This document shows, in pieces, positions 39,543-49,005 of a stretch of DNA of 64,000 bases (its first letter is position 1; every line of letters begins with the position of its first letter). Below the pieces are notes generated by a model. The model had not been told where the DNA came from. It ran no database searches and worked only from the letters and a program-made list of their open reading frames with translations. Source of the stretch: a virus; IMG/VR virus record IMGVR_UViG_3300004463_001172, positions 1 through 64,000 of that record; one strand, given 5' to 3'. Made by a program: the position numbers and the translations under genes.

Positions 39543-40604
39543 CTAAAATGGACTCGTAGCTATATTATTTACGAGCCGAATGGCATATCCGCCACCCCCG
39601 ACAAACGCTGGGAAGCCTGTTGGTACAGATGAGGTACTTTTCCCAGTAATCGTCGTTTCCACAGGAATGGCCGCTGGCCCGGCAATGGCCGCTGAAGCAG
39701 TTTGCACAAACGCATTTGGAAAGTAGACGTCTAGCCTATACCGCTGACTGGTACCGGGAATCGTCGGCCCGATGGCCCGGAGCCACATTTTCAGCGCCAC
39801 ATTGTTCTGAGCAGATTCGAAGAAGAAGTTCCCTGGAGTGCCGGCGGGCGCGGTCGCATAGCGAGGAAACGTCAAACGCATGGTCGCTTGTGGCGCCCCG
39901 TCGATGATGGGCTCAATCATCTGATCTGAATTATTCATCACCCAATGCTGGGATAACGGACGGTCTGAGGTGAGTTCGGCAGACGATGGTTGATACGAAT
40001 CCGCGATAAACGAGGGGGCTCCCGTCCCTCTCGCTTGGATCGCCATTTTCATTTCGCGCCACAGCACATGCAGTCCTTCCGTGCGGAAGGTGGCCGCCGT
40101 AAGGCTCGTATTCCGTTGACCGGTGGTTTTTGAATCCGTTCCAAACCCACGGGTTTGAATTTCCGTCGGGCGTCCCGCTTGCATCGTGACGGTATACCCC
40201 GAGAGTTTGGCGCTGGGAATTTCGTGGATGCTGACGCCTTTATTCACGGCGAGGGTGGCCATGACGCCGGTAATGTCGGCAGTATAGGTGTATTTATGGG
40301 CGTAGACGCCGGTGGCAATCGCAGAGACTTGCGCAGCGCCTAAGACTTGTGCGAGGACGTATTCAAAGCCGAGATAGCGGAGGTAAGCACGGAAGGCGAC
40401 ATTGACCATGCGATTGCCGTAGATGGGATTTCCCGGCCATGAGCGAGAAACGGAAGCATCATCGATAAATTCTGGGATGGCGACGCCGAAATCCTCAGAG
40501 AGATACTCGATTCCGGCGAGCGGTTTGTTACAAAGAGTCGCAACCCCCCACTGGGTTGCCCGAGCCAACGCCATCTTGGAACCAATACCTGCACCTCTTG
40601 CCAT
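39543..40604 (-). CDS. Major tail tube protein
   Basis: E..DDAS..G, YAHKYT, LDVYFPNA motifs; position. Confidence 0.75.
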   Translation of the reverse strand: MARGAGIGSKMALARATQWGVATLCNKPLAGIEYLSEDFGVAIPEFIDDASVSRSWPGNPIYGNRMVNVAFRAYLRYLGFEYVLAQVLGAAQVSAIATGVYAHKYTYTADITGVMATLAVNKGVSIHEIPSAKLSGYTVTMQAGRPTEIQTRGFGTDSKTTGQRNTSLTAATFRTEGLHVLWREMKMAIQARGTGAPSFIADSYQPSSAELTSDRPLSQHWVMNNSDQMIEPIIDGAPQATMRLTFPRYATAPAGTPGNFFFESAQNNVALKMWLRAIGPTIPGTSQRYRLDVYFPNAFVQTASAAIAGPAAIPVETTITGKSTSSVPTGFPAFVGGGGYAIRLVNNIATSPF

Positions 40605-40674
40605 AGCGTGACTCCCTTATTGACGCGTCCCGAAGCATACTTCCTACTGACACGTTGCTATGGTGAACGGCCGG

Positions 40675-40703
40675 TTGACATTCCTCGCATTGTTGTCTAC
40701 AAT
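40675..40703 (+). promoter_or_regulatory. Sigma70 promoter
   Basis: TTGACA-17-TACAAT, ending 6 nt before ATG 40710 (leaderless). Confidence 0.7.
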
Positions 40704-40709
40704 AGCGAT

Positions 40710-40892
40710 ATGTCAGCGATACAAAAGCCCTCCAAGAAACTCACGAGTTTCCGATTCAATCCAGATGCTGATGCGTTGTTGGACGCCTTAGCGCAGGATA
40801 TGAACTTACCGCGAGTGTACGTCGTGGAGTTACTCATTAAAGATCGGGCGAAGCGCCGAGGATTATGTCTTCCACCAAAGGAATCACCGTAA
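40710..40892 (+). CDS. Ribbon-helix-helix (CopG-like) regulator (60 aa)
   Basis: KKLTSFRFNPDADALLDALAQDMNLPRVYVVELLI. Confidence 0.7.
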   Translation: MSAIQKPSKKLTSFRFNPDADALLDALAQDMNLPRVYVVELLIKDRAKRRGLCLPPKESP

Positions 40893-41641
40893 TGTCGATT
40901 ATGCGGTTGCCTGTGGAACAGCGATTTTGGTCTAAAGTGAATAAAGAAACCTGTGTCGGTGATGCTTGTGGGTGCCATCAAGGTATCGATCACTGTTGGC
41001 CATGGACCGCTGGTCTGGCTCAAAACGGTTATGGGAAGTTCAAAGTCTGGGTTGACGATCATTGGACTCATGAACTTGCCCATCGAACTTCTTATCGCTT
41101 GACGCATGGGTCTATTCCTGAAGGTCTTTGGGTCTGTCATGCTTGTGATTACAAACCATGCTGTCGTCCATTACATCTTTGGCCTGGCACGGTCGCTGAT
41201 AATACCCGCGATGCCTACAACAAGGGCCGTCTTGATATGGAGGCATTATGGGCTCGTGGCTGTACTCCAGAAGTCTGGGCTCAAATCTCTGGAGAGAAAC
41301 ATTACAACGCGAAGTTGACTGAACCGCAGGTCAGAGAAATTATTGCTCTGACAGGCACTATGAGATGTCGTGATATTGCTGACCGGTATTCTGTCAGCGC
41401 TGCAACTGTGTGCTATATCCAAACCGGAAAGAAATGGAAGCATCTTACTGGCCTCGACCCATTAAATCCTCGAAGAAATCGAGGTACTCCTAAAAAACTC
41501 ACCACCGCTCAGGCGCTCGAAATCATCAAGCTTAAAGGTGTTATGACCTGTAAAGCTGTTGGTGTACGATATGGTGTCAGCCCTTCGACTGTTGCAAATA
41601 TTCAAACTGGAAAAGATTGGAAACATCTCCACGCATCCTAA
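40892..41641 (+). CDS. HNH homing endonuclease with two C-terminal HTH repeats
   Basis: RFWSKV..CWPWT..GYGKF..AHR..VCHACD..CCRPLHL; two KLT..I..A/G.RY.VS..IQTGK.WKHL repeats. Confidence 0.85.
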   Translation: MSIMRLPVEQRFWSKVNKETCVGDACGCHQGIDHCWPWTAGLAQNGYGKFKVWVDDHWTHELAHRTSYRLTHGSIPEGLWVCHACDYKPCCRPLHLWPGTVADNTRDAYNKGRLDMEALWARGCTPEVWAQISGEKHYNAKLTEPQVREIIALTGTMRCRDIADRYSVSAATVCYIQTGKKWKHLTGLDPLNPRRNRGTPKKLTTAQALEIIKLKGVMTCKAVGVRYGVSPSTVANIQTGKDWKHLHAS

Positions 41642-42165
41642 TCCGCCAGCCCCTCTGGCGTCTCCTGCACTCCTAAATTCAGTTGGCACCAATGGACGAG
41701 CTTGGAATGAAGGTTCCGATGCTCGATGTTTTCGACTTGTATCCCCCCGCGTGCCCCGAGCAGTTCTGATGTCGCGGCGAGTGCTCCCATATACGGTGCT
41801 GTGCTTTCTACGATGCTGTCGATCCCGAGCCCCCACATGGTACGACTCCGGAAACGGTTGGCCACGCGCTCAACTAACGCCTGAAATGTGCGCTCCGTGG
41901 CATCTGAATCCATCAGTCCATAAGCGCCATAAATGGCAATGGTATGCGTCCGCCAGACCTGTCCTGTGGTCAGCCAGCGCTCTTCCGTATTGAGCCGGGT
42001 GATTTGCCAGAGATTGACGACATTCCCCGACACCCCCAGCGTTTCAAAGTTGGCGTCACTGATCGCCCACCGTAGGTAGTTATGGACCTGCCCAATCCCC
42101 GTGACCCCGCGCACAGCCGTGGCGACTGCGCTGATAATCATCTGGAGCCGTGTCTCAGACGCCAT
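41638..42165 (-). CDS. Tail completion/terminator-like protein
   Basis: Position between the gp10-like and tube genes. Confidence 0.5.
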   Translation of the reverse strand: MASETRLQMIISAVATAVRGVTGIGQVHNYLRWAISDANFETLGVSGNVVNLWQITRLNTEERWLTTGQVWRTHTIAIYGAYGLMDSDATERTFQALVERVANRFRSRTMWGLGIDSIVESTAPYMGALAATSELLGARGGIQVENIEHRNLHSKLVHWCQLNLGVQETPEGLAD

Positions 42166-42445
42166 GTAACGTTCCTGGCAGCGGTGGATGATCAAACTGG
42201 TTCAACATATCCATCCCACGAAGCCACGCTTTATCGATCGTACCTTGGCAGTCTCGTTGAATGGCTTGAGAATCGGTATCTAACGACACCGCATCGGCAT
42301 TGATGTCATTAATAAACTTCTGGTTGGCTAAACAATTGAGCAAGTGTTCAAAAAACTCTCGCGGCACGGCGATAAGGCCTTCAATTGTTCCGGTCCCAAA
42401 CTCACTATTGTTCAATGGCTCCATGACGCCTCTCTCACCGATCAC
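42155..42445 (-). CDS. Hypothetical inserted protein
   Basis: ORF between two conserved tail genes. Confidence 0.4.
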   Translation of the reverse strand: MIGERGVMEPLNNSEFGTGTIEGLIAVPREFFEHLLNCLANQKFINDINADAVSLDTDSQAIQRDCQGTIDKAWLRGMDMLNQFDHPPLPGTLHGV

Positions 42446-42926
42446 TCAACGTTTGCTCGACACGTCGCACCGCCGCTTCAATGAAGCGTGGTCCGACGCG
42501 CTCGGCCATTTCGAGCCCCCGGGTAAACATAAAATGCCCATAGCCGCCGCGTTTACTAATGGCTCGTGCTACTAAGAAGGCGATGCGCATCATGGCCTTT
42601 CCACTGACGCCGAACGTGCGATGCACCCATGATTCAATCGGTGCGCGGGGTGGCCAGTGTGGACGGCTGCCATACTCGACCGGCTCCGCATAGGCGAGCG
42701 GTGAGCCGAGAAGTCCAGTAATCTTCGGCCATTGATCCACGACGCGGCCATACACGCTTGCCCGGAGAATGCCTTGATCCACCGGCGTATACTTCACCAC
42801 CTCGGCTTCGGCCGCCGCCATGGTCAATTCCATTCCAGCAATTAGCGCGGGTTTCAGCTCTTCATCGAAGTGGTACAGCAGCCGCTCGGTCTGCCGATCG
42901 ATCTGAATCGTCACGCTTTGCGTCAT
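42435..42926 (-). CDS. HK97 gp10-like head-tail protein
   Basis: TPVDQGILRASV, YAEPVEYGSRPHWPP. Confidence 0.85.
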   Translation of the reverse strand: MTQSVTIQIDRQTERLLYHFDEELKPALIAGMELTMAAAEAEVVKYTPVDQGILRASVYGRVVDQWPKITGLLGSPLAYAEPVEYGSRPHWPPRAPIESWVHRTFGVSGKAMMRIAFLVARAISKRGGYGHFMFTRGLEMAERVGPRFIEAAVRRVEQTLSDR

Positions 42927-42934
42927 GCCGTCGC

Positions 42935-43312
42935 CCCAATAGGAATCTCTGCCAGCAGGCGCTCTAACTCGGTCTGCGGGAGTGGCAGAATCTGAGTTGC
43001 CATAGGCAGGTCTGGTGACCATTCCTGGACGTTCCTACTCGAAATGTTGTATACTACGTCGTACCTCGAAAAGGGGCTGTGCCCGGTATCAAGAGCATGA
43101 GACATGTGGTGCGGGCACGACCGGAGCTGCCCAGAGCGGATCAACACCGCCATGTATGGCTATCGGCTCAGCGTTAAACGAAGGCGTCGCTACACGCCAA
43201 CCTTTTCGGGGTATCCTCCTATAGAAATCTCTGCTAATAGGCGTTCAAGTTCTGCCTGTGGTAACGGCAGGATCTGTGTTGCCATGGGCAAGTCTGGCGA
43301 CAATTCCTGCAC
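42935..43312 (-). repeat. Diverged 96-bp direct repeat of the glycosyltransferase 3' end (42935-43030 vs 43217-43312)
   Basis: 32 codons: 29 identical amino acids, 16 synonymous codon differences. Confidence 0.9.
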
Positions 43313-44491
43313 ACTACCGCTTGCCTGATCATCAGGGCCATTGACTTCGGCCTGCTGTCGCATCTCCGCCACTTGCGCTTCGAGTACCCGACAGGCCGTT
43401 TCAATCTCCGGTGAGGGTCGCCACTGATAAGCCCGTTGCGCATGCACAAAGGCTTTCTCGGGCATCCCTAGCCGGTCATAGAGTAGGGTTAAGCGCCAAT
43501 GCGGCCAGTAGGTATAGATCGGGCCTTGCAGAAAGAGGCTCGAGACCGGCGGCGGCATCTCCCCGGCGATACTGTACCAATGCAGCGCTTCCCCGAGACG
43601 GCCATCGGCTAAGGCACAATCGCCCAGGTGGGCATAGGCTTCGGCCCGCTGCCATTGGCCGGGCTCGCGTAAGGCTTGCCAGACATACTCTTGCGCGTGT
43701 GGAATATCGCCCGCGAGGCACCGGAGGAGCGAGAGATGAATCAAGGCTTGATAGCGCTCCTCTGGCCAGGTCGAGCGTTCAAGGTAGGCGAGATAGGCGG
43801 CTTCGGCGCCGGCGAAATCACCGCTGTCCTGTAATGTATTTCCCTTATAAAACAATGGTCTAGCGTCATTTATGTTGGCATCAGCGGCAGCGGTTAAATT
43901 GGGGATATTCATATCGATCCGCTGTTGCTCACGGAAGGCTCTTTTACGGGGCTTCTGTCGATGATGGACGATGAGTGTATGTACCAGGAGTTGCTTGTCG
44001 GCTGGACATTGCAGGACGTTATGGGAAGCTCCTTCATAACGAATCTTCGGGTCATTCTTGATGAGAAACGCGCGAGGATAAAACATCGCGGGAATCCCAA
44101 ATTCGCACTCGTCCAAATAGACGACACTGTTCACGAGCGCGAACGGTTCATGGGGCTGATCTAGCCAACTTTGGACGATACTTCGGCTTCGAACGTCGAG
44201 AACGTCGTCTCCATCAAGGCTGATAGCCCAGGTCGCATCAGGGAAATGGTCGAGTGCAATGTCTAAAACCGTGTTCCGAGCGAAGGCAAACGAGTTTTCC
44301 CACTGAAAGTAGAAGTAGTAACCGGGTTGGTCTTTGAGGAAATCTCTCACAAGAGTTTCGGTGTTATCCGTGGTGGCGAGGTCAAAGCCAATGCAGTAAT
44401 AGTCAAATAACCCCCACACGCTCGTTAGCGCACGGATAATATTTTCCGATTCGTCGCGTAAGATCATACAGAGCGTTGATTTTACTGGCAT
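43190..44491 (-). CDS. GT2 glycosyltransferase with TPR domain
   Basis: LCMILRDE..FAFARN..SLDGDD; TPR-like C-terminal half. Confidence 0.85.
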   Translation of the reverse strand: MPVKSTLCMILRDESENIIRALTSVWGLFDYYCIGFDLATTDNTETLVRDFLKDQPGYYFYFQWENSFAFARNTVLDIALDHFPDATWAISLDGDDVLDVRSRSIVQSWLDQPHEPFALVNSVVYLDECEFGIPAMFYPRAFLIKNDPKIRYEGASHNVLQCPADKQLLVHTLIVHHRQKPRKRAFREQQRIDMNIPNLTAAADANINDARPLFYKGNTLQDSGDFAGAEAAYLAYLERSTWPEERYQALIHLSLLRCLAGDIPHAQEYVWQALREPGQWQRAEAYAHLGDCALADGRLGEALHWYSIAGEMPPPVSSLFLQGPIYTYWPHWRLTLLYDRLGMPEKAFVHAQRAYQWRPSPEIETACRVLEAQVAEMRQQAEVNGPDDQASGSVQELSPDLPMATQILPLPQAELERLLAEISIGGYPEKVGV

Positions 44492-44524
44492 TATTTCCTC
44501 TATTAATCGTTCCCGTCTAAGCCC

Positions 44525-44569
44525 AAAAAGAAAGCGCCGTTCCCCTTGTACAAGGAAGGGCGCTTTCTT
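44525..44569 (-). terminator. Intrinsic terminator
   Basis: AAGAAAGCGCC/GGCGCTTTCTT stem followed by a T-tract on the minus strand. Confidence 0.7.
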
Positions 44570-44650
44570 ATGGCTTTCACCCGAGCAGCTCATGACTTCT
44601 GCTCGTTGGGCGCGTCAAATGTCTTACGTCGTTAACTAGGAGAAAGCATC

Positions 44651-45064
44651 ATGTACATACCGAGTGGCGTAGCGATTGAAGATAAGATTGTTGCTCATCT
44701 CTCCTCATTTCGTCAGGAGGTTCAGCTACTCTTCCCCTACGATCTAAGCATTCGTTGTTGTGACCGGATGATTCCGACGAATCATATGTGTGATGAGCGT
44801 TTCCGGTCGATTGAATTAATCGGCCCCCATCAGGTCGCGTATGCCTGGCACGTAATCCCCTATCCACGCCGACCTCGTATCCTCGCTATCCAGTTTTCTA
44901 CGGCGCTGATTGTACATACCGAACTATGGATCACATTAGCGGACCCACGACTCCTCTCCCAGACCCGTGACCTGTTACATCGTCTCCAAGAGATGCTCCA
45001 CATCACAGATGGTAATGATTATGCTCTCCAGTGTCTCTTTCCTGATCCTGCGCTCAACGTGTAA
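44651..45064 (+). CDS. Hypothetical protein (antisense insert)
   Basis: AGGAGA RBS; 137-aa ORF. Confidence 0.55.
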   Translation: MYIPSGVAIEDKIVAHLSSFRQEVQLLFPYDLSIRCCDRMIPTNHMCDERFRSIELIGPHQVAYAWHVIPYPRRPRILAIQFSTALIVHTELWITLADPRLLSQTRDLLHRLQEMLHITDGNDYALQCLFPDPALNV

Positions 45065-45078
45065 ATAACTTTAAGACC

Positions 45079-45315
45079 CTAACACCACATGTCTTCAGGG
45101 GCTGGCGCTTCATGCGCTTCAAAACTCACCCCGACAACAAATTCTTGTGTAGTGCGGTTCCAGGCCGTGGTATGCACGTGCCACCGCGTCTGCTGACAGA
45201 CAATCCGTGCGCCCGGCATATAGGTCTCGTAGAGGGCTAAGCGCTCTTCTGCCGCAAACTCTTGGGTTTCAATCGTGTGACCATTGTCGCGGTTGCGGAT
45301 TGTGAGGTGTGCCAT
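45079..45315 (-). CDS. Hypothetical protein
   Basis: Packed ORF after the radical SAM gene. Confidence 0.5.
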   Translation of the reverse strand: MAHLTIRNRDNGHTIETQEFAAEERLALYETYMPGARIVCQQTRWHVHTTAWNRTTQEFVVGVSFEAHEAPAPEDMWC

Positions 45316-45325
45316 CGCATCCTAC

Positions 45326-46435
45326 TTAGACAAAGTTCACGTGGGCCGGCGCCGGGTGAATAGCGTCAACAATCGCCCGATTCTTTTGATTGAACTGGCA
45401 GACCTGACAACTCGTGGCCTTGAAGTCGCCATAGGCGGCGTGTTTTTGCTCGGAATGAAACCAGTCGATGAAGCGCTGGTGCGTAAGGTCGCCGACTTCG
45501 CCATGCTTGGTATAGGCGGTTGAGCAGCACCTATAAATTCGTAAATCTCCACCGATATACATATTGAATTGCTGATACCCGCAGAACTCGTAATCGGGGG
45601 CATGTTGCTGGAGGTCGCGAATCCGGTCGCCAAACATATTCACGAGACGAAAGGTATCATCCTGCAGTGTCATGGCCTTCTCAATCGCTTCGCCAATCAC
45701 GGCAATCATCTCGCCATAGTACGCATCTCCCGCCTGGCTAAACATGGCCGAGAGCCGCACATTATGCGCGCCAGCGTCCTTCATCTGCCGTACTCCGTCG
45801 CACAACTCAGCCCAGTTTTCCAGCGTAATCACGTACCCACAGCCCAGGAGACAGGGACTGTGCGCCAAGTCAATTTGGGTTCGGATCGCCATCACATGGC
45901 GCAAGGCCGTGCTAAAGTATCGTGGGTTGACCTGGCGGATGGCGGCATAGGTCTCGGGGCTTCCCGCATCAATCGAGACGCGAATCCACGCCATTGCGGC
46001 ATAGACCGATTCCCAACCTGGTCGTAAGACCACCCCATTGGTCACAAGCGCTGTTTCCATCCCTAACCGCTGTGCGTTGGTAAAGAGGTGTAAGTGGTCC
46101 GGATGGACGGTCGGCTCCCCACCACCCGTAAATTGGATCGCCTTGACACCCAGTGTGGCGCAATCCTGAAGAATTTCGAGGGCCTTAACCGTCGGAATCA
46201 TCCGGTTCGGATTGACATTGAGCTGGCCATGTTCATAGACGCCAAACTGTTCCGAGGATAGGCCATCTGGACGCCTGTACGCACAGAAACGGCAGCTTTG
46301 CTGGCAAAAATCGCTCAAAATTATTTGACATTGCGTCGGAATGATTTGTTGTCCTTGACGTAATTCAGCAATCTTCTCTATATGCCATAACGCTTTCTCG
46401 CTTGAATAGGCTTGATCGGATCGAGAAATACTCAT
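45326..46435 (-). CDS. Radical SAM protein with SPASM/twitch domain
   Basis: CQQSCRFC, FTGGGEP, C-terminal C..CC..CQVC. Confidence 0.9.
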   Translation of the reverse strand: MSISRSDQAYSSEKALWHIEKIAELRQGQQIIPTQCQIILSDFCQQSCRFCAYRRPDGLSSEQFGVYEHGQLNVNPNRMIPTVKALEILQDCATLGVKAIQFTGGGEPTVHPDHLHLFTNAQRLGMETALVTNGVVLRPGWESVYAAMAWIRVSIDAGSPETYAAIRQVNPRYFSTALRHVMAIRTQIDLAHSPCLLGCGYVITLENWAELCDGVRQMKDAGAHNVRLSAMFSQAGDAYYGEMIAVIGEAIEKAMTLQDDTFRLVNMFGDRIRDLQQHAPDYEFCGYQQFNMYIGGDLRIYRCCSTAYTKHGEVGDLTHQRFIDWFHSEQKHAAYGDFKATSCQVCQFNQKNRAIVDAIHPAPAHVNFV

Positions 46436-46448
46436 CTATCCCTCAAAG

Positions 46449-46518
46449 AGGCTAGTCAAGCGGAGCGGTGCTTAGCTGAGTCAAGCCAAGTCGAGCAAAG
46501 CCCAGCATAGCAAAGGAT
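46449..46518 (+). repeat. Orphan pentamer-periodic array (14 units of AGY-NN)
   Basis: 13 of 14 in-phase triplets start with AG (8 AGC, 3 AGT, 2 AGG, 1 TGC). Confidence 0.8.
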
Positions 46519-46521
46519 ATT

Positions 46522-46560
46522 ACGTATAGGCTGGCAATCGGTATTTGCTAGCCTATACGT
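46522..46560. terminator. 16-bp hairpin directly after the orphan array
   Basis: ACGTATAGGCTGGCAA-7nt-TTGCTAGCCTATACGT (one G.U pair on the + strand). Confidence 0.65.
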
Positions 46561-46561
46561 T

Positions 46562-47143
46562 TCATGTCCTAGTCCAAATAGCATAAAAAGCACCAAACGG
46601 CTCTACCTTTCGCCCATGGTCATCGGTATCATGATATTTTTCACAGCAAAGACATACCCACTTATCACCATTAAAATCATTTGGCTCCCAGCCACTTAGA
46701 TGATTTTGCCAGTGACCTCCGCCCATACCCCACGCATCTGGACGACCATCATAATTCTGTTCATGAAACCCTAATGGTGTAAACACACAAATTTGTTGTC
46801 GTGCCAGGCGTTCGGCTTCACGGAGTAACCGTCGACCCTCGGGTTTCTCTAAATGCTCAATCACATCACCTGCCACGACCGTATCCACCGACTGATCGGG
46901 AAAGATCCGCATCACCTGATCCCATGTTCCATGTAACAACACATGATGTGGGACATCGGGGCAGGCCTCGCGCAGCCGAGCAATATACGGCGCATACGGC
47001 TCAATGCCGATATGGAGTTGACAGCGCACCAGCTGCTGGGGGCGAATGCCAATGCCCACATCAAGCACTACTGGCGCTGGCCGCAACTGCGCTTGCGCCG
47101 CATCTACCAATGCATCTGCCGAATACCAGGTTATGGCCGACAT
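46562..47143 (-). CDS. Class I SAM-dependent methyltransferase
   Basis: VLDVGIG, DTVVAGDVIEHL. Confidence 0.85.
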   Translation of the reverse strand: MSAITWYSADALVDAAQAQLRPAPVVLDVGIGIRPQQLVRCQLHIGIEPYAPYIARLREACPDVPHHVLLHGTWDQVMRIFPDQSVDTVVAGDVIEHLEKPEGRRLLREAERLARQQICVFTPLGFHEQNYDGRPDAWGMGGGHWQNHLSGWEPNDFNGDKWVCLCCEKYHDTDDHGRKVEPFGAFYAIWTRT

Positions 47144-47730
47144 CTACCTTTCTCTAGATCCACCAGGCACACATGCATCGGGCGGTCCTGCCGTGCGCCG
47201 AGGCGTGAGGTGAGCCCGGTTAGCAACGGCTCTTTGCGTTCACAGGTGGCCCCGAGCCAATCTTCTAAGACCGGAATACTGACCGATGGCCCATACAGCC
47301 GCTCGACATCACACGTGATCATCAGTCGGCCGCCCGGTTCGACTTGCGCCCACAGATGGTTCAACACGGTCGGATGCCATGCGGGTGGAATCTCTTCCAG
47401 GTAACTAATGGCGAGTACCATCGCAAAGGCTTGGTGAAAGGGCTGACGGATGTCATGCTGACGAAAGTTGGGCATCACTGAAAAGGTTGGCGTGGCCTGA
47501 CTATCGCTATGCAGCACTTGCGGTACGAGAGCTTCGATGGCCTCAGCAAAGGGGCGCTGAAAGGCTTCAAAGCCACACCCGGTATTATGGAGGCTGTGAG
47601 GCTTCACCGCTTCAATGACCGCGAGTGCGTAGGGCCACTCATAGGCCCGTGACCAATCCTGCCACTGTGGGTCAAAGAGGTCATCTGAGCGAAGTAATCG
47701 AAAGGCGTGAATCATGGCATCAGTCGGCAT
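47131..47730 (-). CDS. Methyltransferase-like protein
   Basis: SRAYEWPY, NTGCG, VLAISYLEEI, VEPGGRLMITCD. Confidence 0.7.
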   Translation of the reverse strand: MPTDAMIHAFRLLRSDDLFDPQWQDWSRAYEWPYALAVIEAVKPHSLHNTGCGFEAFQRPFAEAIEALVPQVLHSDSQATPTFSVMPNFRQHDIRQPFHQAFAMVLAISYLEEIPPAWHPTVLNHLWAQVEPGGRLMITCDVERLYGPSVSIPVLEDWLGATCERKEPLLTGLTSRLGARQDRPMHVCLVDLEKGRCRP

Positions 47731-48551
47731 TAATCTTCATAGCTCCCCAGCGGTAATTGGCCCCAGCTCTGGTGGTTGCGTACTACATCTTCCGGACGGC
47801 CGTCATAGGTCGCCCCCGCATGGGGCCATGTGCCCGATTTCGTCCAGAGTGGACAGGGACATCCGCGATAACACAGCGGATCGTGTTGGTCGTGGTATTG
47901 ATGGGCTCCCCAGATATCAGGCGCATTGATGGCATAGACACCTTGGGTCTGTAATCTGACCCACGCATCCTCGTCCTCTGGCCAGGGCTCCGTGTAGCTT
48001 TCATCATATCCGCCAATCTCTAGCAGGCGCTGTTTGTGAATCGCAGCGAGCATCGGCACATGCCAGTAGCTGGAATGATGAAAGGGCGAGACAAATAACT
48101 CCTCAATCCGCGAAAAATCCTGCGTCCAGGGAATATGATCCAGGAGCGCTTCCGTCATTGGTGAATGCACCCGGTAGCAATTGGCGAAGATATACGCCTG
48201 CACGTCTGCATCCGCGAGATAACTGGCAAACAGTTCCAAGGCATTCGGCGCGGCCATGACATCAGCCCCCTGAAAGACGAGGATTTCCGCCTGGGCTCGC
48301 TGAATCCCCACGTTCCAGGCTAATGCTGGGTTGCAGTAATAGGGTCGATGGAGATAGATATAGCGCAGCGGGAAGGCATCTGACTTTCGGGCCTCATCCA
48401 CCACACGCTTGGTGTCATCGGTCGAGCCGTCATCGATCACGATGGCCTCAAAACGGCTGTGTGCGTAGGTCTGCACGCTCAGTGACAAGAGATTCCGTCG
48501 TAGGTGCGCCGCCCGATTAAAGCTTGGAATAATGACGGAAAAGTCCGGCAT
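47730..48551 (-). CDS. GT2 glycosyltransferase
   Basis: FSVIIPSFNR, VIDDGSTD, IGGYDE..EDEDAW. Confidence 0.9.
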   Translation of the reverse strand: MPDFSVIIPSFNRAAHLRRNLLSLSVQTYAHSRFEAIVIDDGSTDDTKRVVDEARKSDAFPLRYIYLHRPYYCNPALAWNVGIQRAQAEILVFQGADVMAAPNALELFASYLADADVQAYIFANCYRVHSPMTEALLDHIPWTQDFSRIEELFVSPFHHSSYWHVPMLAAIHKQRLLEIGGYDESYTEPWPEDEDAWVRLQTQGVYAINAPDIWGAHQYHDQHDPLCYRGCPCPLWTKSGTWPHAGATYDGRPEDVVRNHQSWGQLPLGSYED

Positions 48552-48988
48552 TACGTTGCGTCCTCCCCCTCTGCTTCCGTCGGTGGCTCCGGGATCGGCA
48601 GGGTCATCGGGTCTGCACTATACTGCGCCTGGCGGGAGCGAAAGAGATTACCGACGACGTTTAATTCATCGGTTACTTGATCGGCCTGGGCTTTAACTTG
48701 CTCTCGGTTCGTCTCAAGCCATTCCTGGATTTCCTGCTGCACCAGCTCCGACGGTTCCACCAGCATCTCTGGGTAGCCATCGGCTTCCAGCGCGTCATAG
48801 GCTTGCACCATCGTATCCATTAGGGCTAAGCGCGTGCGATGGCGGCCGATCTGCGCATTCACTGTGGCCTTGGCCTCATCGCTGATATTCATGGTTAAGA
48901 GGCGTTGCAAGCCATTGAGCTGGGCCAGCATCTGCGCCCGGTCCTGCTCGACGTGCTCATAATTACGTGGGTGGCGCTCCTGCTCCAT
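48551..48988 (-). CDS. Hypothetical coiled-coil protein
   Basis: GGAGG RBS; packed ORF. Confidence 0.55.
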   Translation of the reverse strand: MEQERHPRNYEHVEQDRAQMLAQLNGLQRLLTMNISDEAKATVNAQIGRHRTRLALMDTMVQAYDALEADGYPEMLVEPSELVQQEIQEWLETNREQVKAQADQVTDELNVVGNLFRSRQAQYSADPMTLPIPEPPTEAEGEDAT

Positions 48989-49005
48989 CGTGCACTCCTC
49001 CCGGG

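Noticed and set aside
42935-43312. Diversity-generating retroelement TR/VR pair
   Set aside because: Differences are mostly synonymous and not confined to adenines; no reverse transcriptase in the window
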